64,000 nucleotides of DNA from an uncultured Prevotellaceae bacterium (GCA_900316475.1 ONDA01000023.1:15016-79015); one strand, 5' to 3'; shown: positions 34,465-44,260, numbered from the stretch's first letter. The notes: a model not told the origin generated them from the sequence alone. Made by a program: numbers and translations.

Positions 34465-35571
34465 ATGGCACAACAGATTTTGAACGGTATAGAGCACCTG
34501 AACGGCGTAGTGGCAGACAGCAGGAAGGTTATGCTGGTTTGCGACGGCTCATTCCCGTTCCTCAGTATTAAAACGGCCGTCGAGAGCATAGGCGTGCCTT
34601 TTGTCAAGTTCGACCAGTTTACTCCCAATCCGCTGTACGAGGACGTCTGTAAGGGTGTTGAACTGTTCAATCAAGAGCAGTGTGACACCATTCTCGCCGT
34701 TGGAGGCGGAAGTACTATCGACGTGGCAAAGTGTATCAAGCTGTATTGCCGGATGCCGGCAGACAAGCTTTTCCTGGAACAAGAATACCACGACACGGGC
34801 GTGCAGCTCATTGCTATTCCTACCACAGCCGGCACGGGCAGTGAGTCGACCCGCTTCGCCGTAATATATTATGGTGGAAAGAAACAAAGTGTGACGCATG
34901 AGAGCATCATACCCAACGTGGCCATCTTGGAACCACAGGTGCTGAAGACGCTGCCGGTCTATCAGAAAAAGTGTACGATGATGGATGCCTTATGTCAAGG
35001 CATAGAGTCGTGGTGGTCGGTGAACAGTACGGACGAAAGCAGATGTCTTTCGGAAAAAGCCGTGACAACCATTATGCACTGGTGGCGCGACTACATCTTC
35101 GATAATTCCGATGAGGCTGCCCGGCAAGTGATGGCCGCAGCCAACCTGGCCGGCCGTGCCATCTGTATCACGCAGACGACGGCGCCCCACGCTTTCAGCT
35201 ATAAGATTACGTCGCTCTACAAATTGCCACACGGCCATGCCGTAGCAGTCTGTTTACCAGAAATCTGGCAGTATATGCAGAGTCATCCCGACCGTTGTAT
35301 CGACCGTCGGGGAACCGGCTATCTACAGGCTACTTTCAAAGAAATAGCACAGGCTATGCAGGTAGCCGACGTTCCGTCGGCCATCGGCTGTTTCCGCGAA
35401 ATGATGAAAGTGCTGGGCCTGCAGAATCCTGTGTCGTCGGAAAAGCGGGATGAAGAATTACACACGCTGAGCACTTCCGTCAACCCTATCCGTCTGCGTA
35501 ACAACCCCGTAGAACTCGACGCAGAGGCCATCATGGGATTGTACCATACCATCATTGACAAACCGCTATGA
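34465..35571 (+). CDS. Iron-containing alcohol dehydrogenase, probable phosphonoacetaldehyde reductase
   Basis: AVGGGSTIDVAK, IPTTAGTGSE, PHAFSY, PHGHAVA; directly after aepY. Confidence 0.85.
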   Translation: MAQQILNGIEHLNGVVADSRKVMLVCDGSFPFLSIKTAVESIGVPFVKFDQFTPNPLYEDVCKGVELFNQEQCDTILAVGGGSTIDVAKCIKLYCRMPADKLFLEQEYHDTGVQLIAIPTTAGTGSESTRFAVIYYGGKKQSVTHESIIPNVAILEPQVLKTLPVYQKKCTMMDALCQGIESWWSVNSTDESRCLSEKAVTTIMHWWRDYIFDNSDEAARQVMAAANLAGRAICITQTTAPHAFSYKITSLYKLPHGHAVAVCLPEIWQYMQSHPDRCIDRRGTGYLQATFKEIAQAMQVADVPSAIGCFREMMKVLGLQNPVSSEKRDEELHTLSTSVNPIRLRNNPVELDAEAIMGLYHTIIDKPL

Positions 35572-36506
35572 ACAGTATTAAAGAGAAGATAACCATGCCG
35601 CTTGACGATAGCTTCCTTCAGGAAGAGGTCAGGTGCGAGTATACAGTGTCGTCAAGGCAGAAACGGATATGGGCCATTGAGATGGATCTGCTTTACCAGT
35701 TGCTGGCGGTATGCAAGAAGCACGACATCAAGGTCTTTGCCTTTGCCGGTACATTATTGGGAGCCGTCAGGCACCGTGGCTTTATTCCCTGGGATGACGA
35801 CATTGACGTGTGTATGACGCGGCCGGAGTTTGAGAAGCTTCGTGCCATAGCCGCCACAGAGTTCCGCCATCCGTATTTCCTACAGACGGATTTGTCTGAC
35901 AGACGCTACTTCTGTCAGGGCTATGCCCGCTTGCGAAACTCGTTGACAACGGGGCACATCCTGGCTCACGAGTCGCCAGACTACAATCACGGCATTTATA
36001 TTGACGTCTTTGTGATGGACGGCTATGTGGATGGCGCAGCGTTCAAGCGCCAGATGCTGGTTAAGGATACCCTCGTCAGTCTGGTGTCACTATACCGCCC
36101 TAAACAGCAGAACAATCTGTTGCGGCGCCTGTATCGTAGCGTGATGGCCCATACGTTCTGCAAACTGGTACCCTACGAGACCGTGGTAGGCTGGTATGAC
36201 AAGAACCTCAGGAAGTATAGTGCTACCGCTAAGCGGCTGACGATTCTGACACATCCTATGTATTTCATCACACGCTACTGGTGTGAGGCTGCCGATTTGG
36301 ACGAGACGGTCTATCTGCCTTTCGAGAACATGACGGTTCCTGTTCCGGCAAACTACGACAAGGTGCTGAGAAACATATATGGCGACTATATGGCCTTCCC
36401 GCCTGTTGAGGAGCGGGGCAAATGGCATTCCAATGACATTTACTTCGACCCCGATATGGCTTATACCGATTATTTCAAACAGAAAAAGGATTCATGGCGG
36501 AAGTGA
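35568..36506 (+). CDS. LicD family phosphotransferase
   Basis: GTLLGAVRHRGFIPWDDDIDV, IYIDVF, YGDYM. Confidence 0.92.
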   Translation: MNSIKEKITMPLDDSFLQEEVRCEYTVSSRQKRIWAIEMDLLYQLLAVCKKHDIKVFAFAGTLLGAVRHRGFIPWDDDIDVCMTRPEFEKLRAIAATEFRHPYFLQTDLSDRRYFCQGYARLRNSLTTGHILAHESPDYNHGIYIDVFVMDGYVDGAAFKRQMLVKDTLVSLVSLYRPKQQNNLLRRLYRSVMAHTFCKLVPYETVVGWYDKNLRKYSATAKRLTILTHPMYFITRYWCEAADLDETVYLPFENMTVPVPANYDKVLRNIYGDYMAFPPVEERGKWHSNDIYFDPDMAYTDYFKQKKDSWRK

Positions 36507-37330
36507 CGAAGACAGCCGTCTTACTGACGGTGTTCAACAGGAGAGAGATGACGCTTGTCAGCCTGCGCACATTGTATGCAGCCATCGACAGGTTAGGTCC
36601 GGGCTATGCGTTTGATGTCTATCTGGTAGACGACGGTTCTACGGACGGGACGTCTGAAAGCGTGGGTAGTGAGTTCCCGGCTGTCAGACTGTTCAAGGGT
36701 GATGGCGGTCTCTATTGGGGACATGGTATGCTGATGGCGTGGGAGAAGGCTGTTGAGTCGGGTGTCGGCTACGACTATTTCCTCTGGTATAATGATGATT
36801 CCGAGTTGTACCCCGATGCCTTACAGACGCTATTCAAGTCGATGGATGACAATGGCGAACGCTGCGTCGTGACGGGCGCCTTCTGTGACCATCAGGGTTG
36901 CTGTTCATACGGCGGCGGGGATGAAAACAACAAGGGGTTAGTCCCGGATGGCAGTTATCAGAAGGTGGTGACGATGAACGGCAACTTGGTGCTTATCCCC
37001 TATCAGGTCTACAAGGCCGTAGGAATGATTGACCGAGGGTATCGTCATGCGTTCGGTGACCATGATTACGGTTACAGAGTCCAGAAGCAGGGCTTCAGTG
37101 TGCTGTTGACGCCTCGCTACGTGGGCGTGGTTGACAATCATACCGAAACACCTTACTCTGGTATTGCGAGTTTTAAGAAGCGGTGGAAGAACTTGCATAG
37201 CCCGAAGAACTCGCCCCGCTATGGTTTCCGCTATCTGCGGACTTACAAAGGTTGGAACAGCGCTTTACGCTATTGGATCAGTTCCTACCTATACACATTT
37301 TTCCCCTCTCTTGCACCAAAGCGAAACTAA
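36494..37330 (+). CDS. Glycosyltransferase family 2
   Basis: LLTVFNR, VDDGSTDGT, LWYNDD, GDHDYG. Confidence 0.88.
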   Translation: MAEVTKTAVLLTVFNRREMTLVSLRTLYAAIDRLGPGYAFDVYLVDDGSTDGTSESVGSEFPAVRLFKGDGGLYWGHGMLMAWEKAVESGVGYDYFLWYNDDSELYPDALQTLFKSMDDNGERCVVTGAFCDHQGCCSYGGGDENNKGLVPDGSYQKVVTMNGNLVLIPYQVYKAVGMIDRGYRHAFGDHDYGYRVQKQGFSVLLTPRYVGVVDNHTETPYSGIASFKKRWKNLHSPKNSPRYGFRYLRTYKGWNSALRYWISSYLYTFFPSLAPKRN

Positions 37331-37343
37331 TAAAAAAGGAAAC

Positions 37344-38366
37344 ATGAAAAAAGCAGCTCAAGTTGATATCGCAGTATTGATGTTGTTCTTCACCCGTTCT
37401 GATACGTTTCAGCAGGTATTCGACGAAGTAAGGAAGGCGCGCCCCTCGCGGTTGTTCCTCTTTCAGGACGGTCCCCGTGGCGAGCGCGATATGGCGGGTA
37501 TAGAAGCCTGCCGACAGATTGCCAGCGACGAGAACATCGACTGGGAGTGTGAGGTACACCGAAACTATCAGGAGCGTAACTTAGGCTGTATGATAGCTGG
37601 ATATACGTCCCATCAGTGGGCTTTCTCGCTGGCCGACAAGTGTATGGTGCTTGAGGACGACGTGGTACCGTCGCAGTCGTTCTTCCCGTTCTGTAAGGAG
37701 ATGCTCGACCGCTACGAGCACGACGAGCGCATCTCGATGGTGGCGGGCTTCAACGTCGACGAGGTGACGCCCGACATTCCCTACGACTACTTCTTCACTT
37801 CTGCCTTCAGCATCTGGGGCTGGGCGTCGTGGCGCAGGGTTGTTAAACAATGGGATAAGGATTACACATTCCTTGACGATGCGTTCAGTATGCGACAGCT
37901 TGAGGCGCTCATCAAGCAGCGCGGCTATAGGAAGAGCTTTGTCAAAATGTGTCGCGACCATCGCGAGACAGGACACCCTCAATTCGAGAGCGTCTTCTGG
38001 GCGACGATGCTGTTCAATTCGGCCATGGCCATTGTGCCCTGTAAGAATATGATTAATAATGTAGGTGCCTCGGAGGACTCTACACACTATTCGGCCTTCC
38101 GCACCTTACCCCGTCGCCTAAAGCAGCTGTTTACTATGAAACGCTATGACATCGATTTCCCTCTGCGTCATCCACGGTACGTGATTGAGGAAGTGGGCTA
38201 TTGGAAGCGCTTCTATAAGGCTCAGGGCTGGGGCCATCCACTGACGAAGGTCGGACGCTCCTTCGAAGAACTGGTTCTGAATATCCGCTACGGCAACTGG
38301 TCGTTCATCATGAATTCTGTCAAGCGGCGTGTCCGAAAATGGAGGGGCGTGGAGAAGTTTGGATAA
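37344..38366 (+). CDS. GT-A fold glycosyltransferase-like protein
   Basis: LFQDGPR, NLGC, MVLEDDVVP, WGWASW; start reassigned to 37344. Confidence 0.7.
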   Translation: MKKAAQVDIAVLMLFFTRSDTFQQVFDEVRKARPSRLFLFQDGPRGERDMAGIEACRQIASDENIDWECEVHRNYQERNLGCMIAGYTSHQWAFSLADKCMVLEDDVVPSQSFFPFCKEMLDRYEHDERISMVAGFNVDEVTPDIPYDYFFTSAFSIWGWASWRRVVKQWDKDYTFLDDAFSMRQLEALIKQRGYRKSFVKMCRDHRETGHPQFESVFWATMLFNSAMAIVPCKNMINNVGASEDSTHYSAFRTLPRRLKQLFTMKRYDIDFPLRHPRYVIEEVGYWKRFYKAQGWGHPLTKVGRSFEELVLNIRYGNWSFIMNSVKRRVRKWRGVEKFG

Positions 38367-38405
38367 GTTTTGTTGATGGGAAATCTCAGGACGGTGTGTG
38401 CTTCC

Positions 38406-39455
38406 TCACGAAAGATGTTGTAAGAGTTCCTTCAATTCTTCAACGCTTTTCCCCAATTTTGCTGAAATAGCCTCTAACGACAATCCATTATCCTGCATTA
38501 TCTGAATAGAATAGCCTAATAGTTTTTGCTGTTCACTCAGCTGGACCTGCTGTTCACTCAGCTGGACCTGCTGTTCACTCAGCTGGACCTGCTGTTCACT
38601 CAGTTGGACTTGCTGTTCACTCAGCTGGACCTGCTGTTCACTCAGTTGGACTTGCTGTTCACTCAGCTGGACCTGCTGTTCAGCGAGTTTGCGGTCACGA
38701 AGCATAATTTCCGTGTCACGTTTCTCAATGGCTGCGAAATATTCGTCTTCGACATTCATATCCTGACGTACGTCGGCATCAGTAGAAGCCATTAACAGGC
38801 GGTGGACGATGTGTTTCATATCGGCATCGTCCTCGTACAGACTATCATCAAGTGTCAGTACTTGCTGACTTTCCTTGCTCTTATGCGTCTGGTCAAAGAT
38901 GCTCAGAACTTTGTCCAACCGAGTATTCACCTGACCGTGCAGACGGGGAATCTGCACAATGATACTGTCATGCGTTAGGCTGTCTACAAACGGATTTGGA
39001 ATTCCTTTGGTGACGGGATGTCCTTCATAGTCATAGGCTTTATGCTGTACGTACAACACTGGTTCCTCAATATCTCCTACTCTGTGACCTAACAGGTATA
39101 TTGCCACCATAGGCAAGGCAAAACTATCCCGATTTGCTCCTACGATGTTTTTGGGATTCTGATACTGCGTACCCAAATATTGGCGGAAGCGAAGCGTTTC
39201 TGTCTCAAGCCACGTCTTCTGCAGTTCCACAAGAATCAGTTGCTCTGAACCGTCACTGTTTCGTACGGTGGCTCCAAAGTCAATGCGGAACACGGAAAGC
39301 GTGTCACGTTGCGTATTTGAGTATTCGTGAGGGCGAATTTCAACACGAACGATGTCCATCTTCAAAAGAGCCGACAAGATTGTGCGGGCAATGCGCTCGT
39401 CCTCCATGAGATACTTGAATACGATGTCGTAAATCGGGTTCGCTATATTAACCAT
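38406..39455 (-). CDS. Rpn/PD-(D/E)XK-like protein with C-terminal heptad repeat
   Basis: IANPIYDIVFKYLM, RIDF..ILVELQK, RFRQYLG; start reassigned to 39455. Confidence 0.65.
   Translation of the reverse strand: MVNIANPIYDIVFKYLMEDERIARTILSALLKMDIVRVEIRPHEYSNTQRDTLSVFRIDFGATVRNSDGSEQLILVELQKTWLETETLRFRQYLGTQYQNPKNIVGANRDSFALPMVAIYLLGHRVGDIEEPVLYVQHKAYDYEGHPVTKGIPNPFVDSLTHDSIIVQIPRLHGQVNTRLDKVLSIFDQTHKSKESQQVLTLDDSLYEDDADMKHIVHRLLMASTDADVRQDMNVEDEYFAAIEKRDTEIMLRDRKLAEQQVQLSEQQVQLSEQQVQLSEQQVQLSEQQVQLSEQQVQLSEQQVQLSEQQKLLGYSIQIMQDNGLSLEAISAKLGKSVEELKELLQHLS
38527..38686. repeat. 21-bp VNTR (7 full units plus a partial) encoding LSEQQVQ
   Basis: tgctgttcactcagctggacc units with few variants. 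Confidence 0.95.
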
Positions 39456-39600
39456 ATAAAAACGTTTTTTCTTTTGGGCAAAGATAGGAAGAAAAATTGA
39501 AATGGCCAAGAAAGCGACGTATTAAAATGTTAAATAATCGTAAATATGGAACTATTGGCTCTAAGTATGTCTTCTAAAAGAAGAAAAAGCAGTACCTTTG

Positions 39601-39798
39601 CAGTCCGATTATTGGGGAGAGACTTAGAATCCCCGGAAATGCTGTGTGAATAGCGGCGTCTTTGGCCGGACGAAGCGGTTCGTGAATCAGTGTTTCAGCA
39701 GACGTTAGACTTGCACCTGGGCGGCTAACCCCAGATGTGAGTTCTGTGTGTGCAAATAATTTAATGTATAACTGTTTTTTAGTAAACCAAAAAGAGAA
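39601..39798 (+). promoter_or_regulatory. Long structured 5' leader of rplM
   Basis: -7 box 39593-39600 followed by about 200 nt with several hairpins (ggggag/tcccc, ctggg/cccag). Confidence 0.45.
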
Positions 39799-40260
39799 AT
39801 GAACACTTTAAGTTACAAGACGCTTTCCGTCAACAAGGAAACCGCACAGAAAGAGTGGGTCGTCATCGACGCTACCGACCAGGTGGTGGGTCGTCTCTGC
39901 TCAAAGGTAGCCAAGCTGCTCCGCGGAAAGTACAAGCCTACTTTCACACCGCACGTTGACTGCGGTGACAACGTTATCCTTATCAATGCCGATAAGGTGG
40001 TATTCACTGGTAAGAAGGAGACCGACAAGGTCTACACGCGCTATACGGGCTATCCCGGTGGCCAGCGCTTCAACACGCCAGCCCAGCTGCGCCAGCGCAA
40101 GGACGGTATCGACAAGATTCTGCGTCACGCTGTGAAGGGTATGCTGCCGAAGGGTCCCCTCGGCCGCTCGCTCATGACCAACCTCTTCATCTACGAGGGT
40201 ACAGAGCATCCCCATGAGGCCCAGAAGCCCAAGGCAATTGATATTAACCAGTATAAATAA
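39799..40260 (+). CDS. rplM: 50S ribosomal protein L13
   Basis: WVVIDA..VVGRL, KPTFTPHVDCGD, GMLPKGPLGR. Confidence 0.98.
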   Translation: MNTLSYKTLSVNKETAQKEWVVIDATDQVVGRLCSKVAKLLRGKYKPTFTPHVDCGDNVILINADKVVFTGKKETDKVYTRYTGYPGGQRFNTPAQLRQRKDGIDKILRHAVKGMLPKGPLGRSLMTNLFIYEGTEHPHEAQKPKAIDINQYK

Positions 40261-40276
40261 TAGATAAGGTATAGCA

Positions 40277-40663
40277 ATGGAAGTAATAAATGCAATCGGT
40301 CGTCGCAAGAGCTCGGTAGCTCGTGTGTATCTCCAGGAAGGTTCTGGTAAGATTACGATCAACAAGAAGGATCTCGAAGTTTATTTCCCCTCTGCCATCC
40401 TGCAGTACGTGGTTAAGCAGCCGCTGAACCTGCTCGAGGTGGCTGAGAAGTACGACATCAAGGTGAACCTCGACGGTGGTGGTTTCACTGGCCAGAGCCA
40501 GGCCCTGCGCATGGCTATCGCCCGTGCCCTCGTCAAGGTGAACGAAGAGGATAAGAAGAAGCTGAAGGACGCTGGTTTCCTGACACGTGATAGCCGTGAG
40601 GTTGAGCGTAAGAAGCCAGGTCAGCCGAAGGCTCGTCGTCGCTTCCAGTTCAGTAAGCGTTAA
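40277..40663 (+). CDS. rpsI: 30S ribosomal protein S9
   Basis: GRRKSSVARV, GGGFTGQ, RDSREVERKKPG, QFSKR. Confidence 0.98.
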   Translation: MEVINAIGRRKSSVARVYLQEGSGKITINKKDLEVYFPSAILQYVVKQPLNLLEVAEKYDIKVNLDGGGFTGQSQALRMAIARALVKVNEEDKKKLKDAGFLTRDSREVERKKPGQPKARRRFQFSKR

Positions 40664-40941
40664 TCTTGAATGGAGAGTTGAGAGCGGAGAACTGAGAGGT
40701 ATGGAAGCCTCTCCTCTGAAGGAGACTCAAAGCAAGAGACTGAACAGTTTAGTATCTAAACCCATGAGACTTGGTGCCTGTGGTGTGAGTATGGTGGTAA
40801 TCATACCTCTTCAACTCTCACTTCTCAGTTCTCAATTACTCAAGGGCTGATTCTAACAAGTAATCGCTTTAGCGCTTTTACCAAGCGTAGCGACTAAAAG
40901 AATTAAAAAGAAAGTAAACAACAATTAAAGTAAAAAGCAAA

Positions 40942-41769
40942 ATGTCAAGAACAAATTTTGATCAGTTGCTGCAGGCTGGCTGCCACTTCGGCCACCTGAA
41001 GCGTAAGTGGAACCCCGCTATGGCTCCCTACATCTACACCGAGCGTAACGGCATCCATATCATCGACCTGCATAAGACGGTAGCCAAGATTGACGAGGCT
41101 GCCGAGGCTCTGAAGCAGATTGCCAAGAGCGGCAAGAAAATCCTCTTCGTAGGTACTAAGAAACAGACTAAGGACGTGATTGCCGAGAAGGCAGCCAGCG
41201 TCAATATGCCTTACGTCATCGAGCGTTGGCCAGGCGGTATGCTCACCAACTTCCCCACCATCCGTAAGGCTGTGAAGAAAATGGCCAATATCGACAAGCT
41301 GATGAACGACGGTACATACGGCAACCTGTCGAAGCGCGAACTCCTGCAGATTACCCGCCAGCGTGCCAAGCTCGAGAAGAACCTCGGCTCCATCGCCGAC
41401 CTGACCCGTCTGCCCAGCGCACTGTTCGTCATCGACGTGCTGAAGGAGCAGATTGCCGTCAAGGAGGCTAACCGCCTGGGTATCCCCGTGTTCGCTATCG
41501 TCGACACCAACAGCGACCCGAAGAACATCGACTTCGTCATCCCCGCTAACGACGATGCCAAGGACAGTGTTGAGGTGATTCTCAATGCTTGCTGCGCTGC
41601 TATCGCCGAGGGTGTCGAGGAGCGCAAGGTAGAGAAGGCCGACGAGAAGGCTGCCGACGCGCAGGAGGAGGCTGAGGCCGAGGAGAAGGCTGCAAAGCGC
41701 CCCGCCCGCAAGGCTCCCAAGGTTGAGGAGGCTCCCGCCGCTGAGGAAGAGGCTCCCGCCGCTGAGTAA
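40942..41769 (+). CDS. rpsB: 30S ribosomal protein S2
   Basis: GCHFGH, WNPAM, RWPGGMLTN, DTNSDP, PANDD. Confidence 0.98.
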   Translation: MSRTNFDQLLQAGCHFGHLKRKWNPAMAPYIYTERNGIHIIDLHKTVAKIDEAAEALKQIAKSGKKILFVGTKKQTKDVIAEKAASVNMPYVIERWPGGMLTNFPTIRKAVKKMANIDKLMNDGTYGNLSKRELLQITRQRAKLEKNLGSIADLTRLPSALFVIDVLKEQIAVKEANRLGIPVFAIVDTNSDPKNIDFVIPANDDAKDSVEVILNACCAAIAEGVEERKVEKADEKAADAQEEAEAEEKAAKRPARKAPKVEEAPAAEEEAPAAE

Positions 41770-41807
41770 TAAACAGTAAATAGTAAATAGTAAAATTGTA
41801 AATCAAA

Positions 41808-42803
41808 ATGGCAATTTCAATTGACGATATCAAGAAGCTTCGCGCAATGACTGGCGCTGGTCTGGCTGACGTTAAGAAGGCTCTGACCGAGGCTGAGGGC
41901 GACTTCGACAAGGCTAAGGAGCTGCTCCGTGAGCGTGGCCTGGCCATCGCTGCCAAGCGTAGCGACCGTGAGACCTCTAATGGTTGTGTACTCGTAAAGA
42001 AGGTGGACGGCTTTGCTGCTATGCTCGCCTTGAAGTGCGAGACCGACTTCGTGGCCAATGGTGCTGACTTCATCGCTCTGACACAGAGCATCCTCGACGC
42101 TGCTATCGCCGCTAAGGCTGCCGACATTGAGGCCGTGAAGACGCTCGACATCAACGGTCAGACAGCCCAGGAAGCTGTGACACAGCGCAGCGGTATCACC
42201 GGCGAGAAGATGGAGCTGGACGGCTACCTGACGCTCGAGGGCGATAACATCGAGGTTTACGACCACATGGGCAAGCACACCCTGTGCACCATGGTACAGA
42301 CCAACAAGCCTGCTGCTGAGCAGGGTCACCTCGTGGCTATGCAGGTGGCTGCCATGAAGCCCGTCGCTCTCAACAAGGAAAGCGTTGAACAGAAGATTCT
42401 GGACGAGGAGTACAAGACTGCCGTCGAGAAGACCAAGCTCGAGCAGGTGGAGAAGTTCGTGGAGATGAAGATCAAGAAGGCTGGTATCAACCCCAATCTC
42501 GTCGACAGCGAAGACCACATCGAGTCGAACATGGCAAAGGGCTGGCTCACCAAGGAGCAGGCTGACGAGGCTCGCAAGATCATTGCCGAGGCAAAGGTCG
42601 AGGGCGAGGCTCAGCTGAAGATGCCTATGATTGAGAACATCGCCAAGGGTCGTGTGCAGAAGTTCCTGAAGGAGAACTGCCTCGTTGACCAGGAGTTCCA
42701 GTTCGGCGACGGCGACAAGGCTACTGTCGAGCAGTGGCTGGCCAAGCAGGACAAGGAGCTGAAGATTACCGCTTTCAAGCGCTTCACGCTCGTTGCTGAC
42801 TAA
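41808..42803 (+). CDS. tsf: Elongation factor Ts
   Basis: IKKLRAMTGAG, CETDFVA, ITGEK. Confidence 0.97.
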   Translation: MAISIDDIKKLRAMTGAGLADVKKALTEAEGDFDKAKELLRERGLAIAAKRSDRETSNGCVLVKKVDGFAAMLALKCETDFVANGADFIALTQSILDAAIAAKAADIEAVKTLDINGQTAQEAVTQRSGITGEKMELDGYLTLEGDNIEVYDHMGKHTLCTMVQTNKPAAEQGHLVAMQVAAMKPVALNKESVEQKILDEEYKTAVEKTKLEQVEKFVEMKIKKAGINPNLVDSEDHIESNMAKGWLTKEQADEARKIIAEAKVEGEAQLKMPMIENIAKGRVQKFLKENCLVDQEFQFGDGDKATVEQWLAKQDKELKITAFKRFTLVAD

Positions 42804-42824
42804 GTAAAACCACTCTTAATAGTT

Positions 42825-42859
42825 TGAGGGATGCGCCGCCCGGCACATCCCTCATTTTT
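42825..42859 (+). terminator. Intrinsic terminator after tsf
   Basis: tgagggatg..catccctca followed by a T run. Confidence 0.75.
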
Positions 42860-42862
42860 ATA

Positions 42863-44197
42863 ATGATGTATCACCCGCTACATACCAGCATCCAGCGCCC
42901 GTCGCGCTTCACCTATCCTTTCTGCTACGAGCCCCATCCGCTCTGTCTCTTAGCTGCGCATGAAGTGCAGCAGGAACTCGGACGTATGACGCTGACAGAA
43001 GGGAAAATGTTCGGCGTGCTCGTCGTGGCCGACAGCAACGGCCAGTTAGGCTTTGCCGCTGCCTATTCAGGACTCCTCGAAGGACGTAATGACTGGTCTT
43101 ATTTCGTGCCGCCCGTCTACGACGCCCAGCAGCCCGACGGCCATTTCAAGCAGGAGGAGCGCCTCATCTCGGCCATGCGCGCCGACAACCAGAAAGAGGA
43201 GCGCCGCCAGCGGTCGCAGCAACTACAGCTATGGCTCTTCGACCAATACCGCTTCCTGAACGCCCATGGTGAGCGTCGCCGGCTGGTCGACGTGTGGCAG
43301 GACTATCACTGCTCAGAGCGCATACGCCGGAAATATCCGCTGCCGCCTGGCGGCACCGGCGACTGCTGTGCCCCGAAGCTGCTGCAGTATGCCTACACGC
43401 AAGCACTGAAGCCGCTCTGTATGGCCGAGTTCTGGTGGGGGCCGTCGCCGAAGACCGAGGTGCGCCAGCACGGACAGTTCTATCCCGCCTGCCGTGGCAA
43501 GTGCAAGCCCGTGCTCACGTGGATGCTCCAGGGGCTTGACGTAGAGCCGAACCCAGAGGAGCTGACAGCACCGCCACAGCTCGATATTGAGGTGATTTAC
43601 GAGGACGATGCCATTATCGTCATCAACAAGCCGTCAGGCCTGCTCAGTGTCCCCGGACGCATTGGCAGCTACTCGGTGGCTACCATCCTCAGCCAGCGCT
43701 ATCCCGGCGCACTGTTAGCCCACCGCCTCGACATGGGCACCAGCGGCTTGATGGTGGCCGCCAAGACACGTGACGCTTACCGGCATCTACAGCAGCAGTT
43801 CTCCGACCACACCATCCGTAAGACTTACGTAGCCCTCTTGGACACGTCGTTGCTCACCTCTCATTCTTTGCATCCCATAACAGGCACCATCTCACTGCCT
43901 CTGCTCTGCGACCCCATTAACCGTCCCCGTCAGGTCGTCGACTACGAGCACGGCAAAGCTGCCGTCACCGACTACGAGATGGTTGGTACAGACCGCGTCC
44001 GCCTCTATCCACATACCGGTCGAACACACCAGTTGCGCATGCACTGTGCCCATCCCGACGGTCTCGGCTGTCCCATCCGTGGCGACGAACTCTACGGTCA
44101 CCCTGCCGACCGGCTCTATCTTCACGCCGAACGCCTGGAGCTGACACATCCCGTAACGGGAGAGCGGATGACCTTTGAACAGCCTGCAAGTTTTTAG
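42863..44197 (+). CDS. RluA-family pseudouridine synthase with long N-terminal extension
   Basis: INKPSGLLSVPG, HRLDMGTSG, TGRTHQLR, GDELYG. Confidence 0.92.
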   Translation: MMYHPLHTSIQRPSRFTYPFCYEPHPLCLLAAHEVQQELGRMTLTEGKMFGVLVVADSNGQLGFAAAYSGLLEGRNDWSYFVPPVYDAQQPDGHFKQEERLISAMRADNQKEERRQRSQQLQLWLFDQYRFLNAHGERRRLVDVWQDYHCSERIRRKYPLPPGGTGDCCAPKLLQYAYTQALKPLCMAEFWWGPSPKTEVRQHGQFYPACRGKCKPVLTWMLQGLDVEPNPEELTAPPQLDIEVIYEDDAIIVINKPSGLLSVPGRIGSYSVATILSQRYPGALLAHRLDMGTSGLMVAAKTRDAYRHLQQQFSDHTIRKTYVALLDTSLLTSHSLHPITGTISLPLLCDPINRPRQVVDYEHGKAAVTDYEMVGTDRVRLYPHTGRTHQLRMHCAHPDGLGCPIRGDELYGHPADRLYLHAERLELTHPVTGERMTFEQPASF

Positions 44198-44202
44198 TTA
44201 AT

Positions 44203-44247
44203 AAAAAAATAACGGCCTCGCTCAAAAACGAGGCCGTTATTTTTTTT
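44203..44247. terminator. Bidirectional terminator between rluA and secDF
   Basis: A-run-aacggcctcg..cgaggccgtt-T-run. Confidence 0.85.
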
Positions 44248-44260
44248 CCGTATATAAAGG

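Noticed and set aside
38526-38795. Plus-strand ORF with LDLLFTQ repeats
   Set aside because: It is the antisense reading of the 21-bp VNTR in the minus-strand gene.
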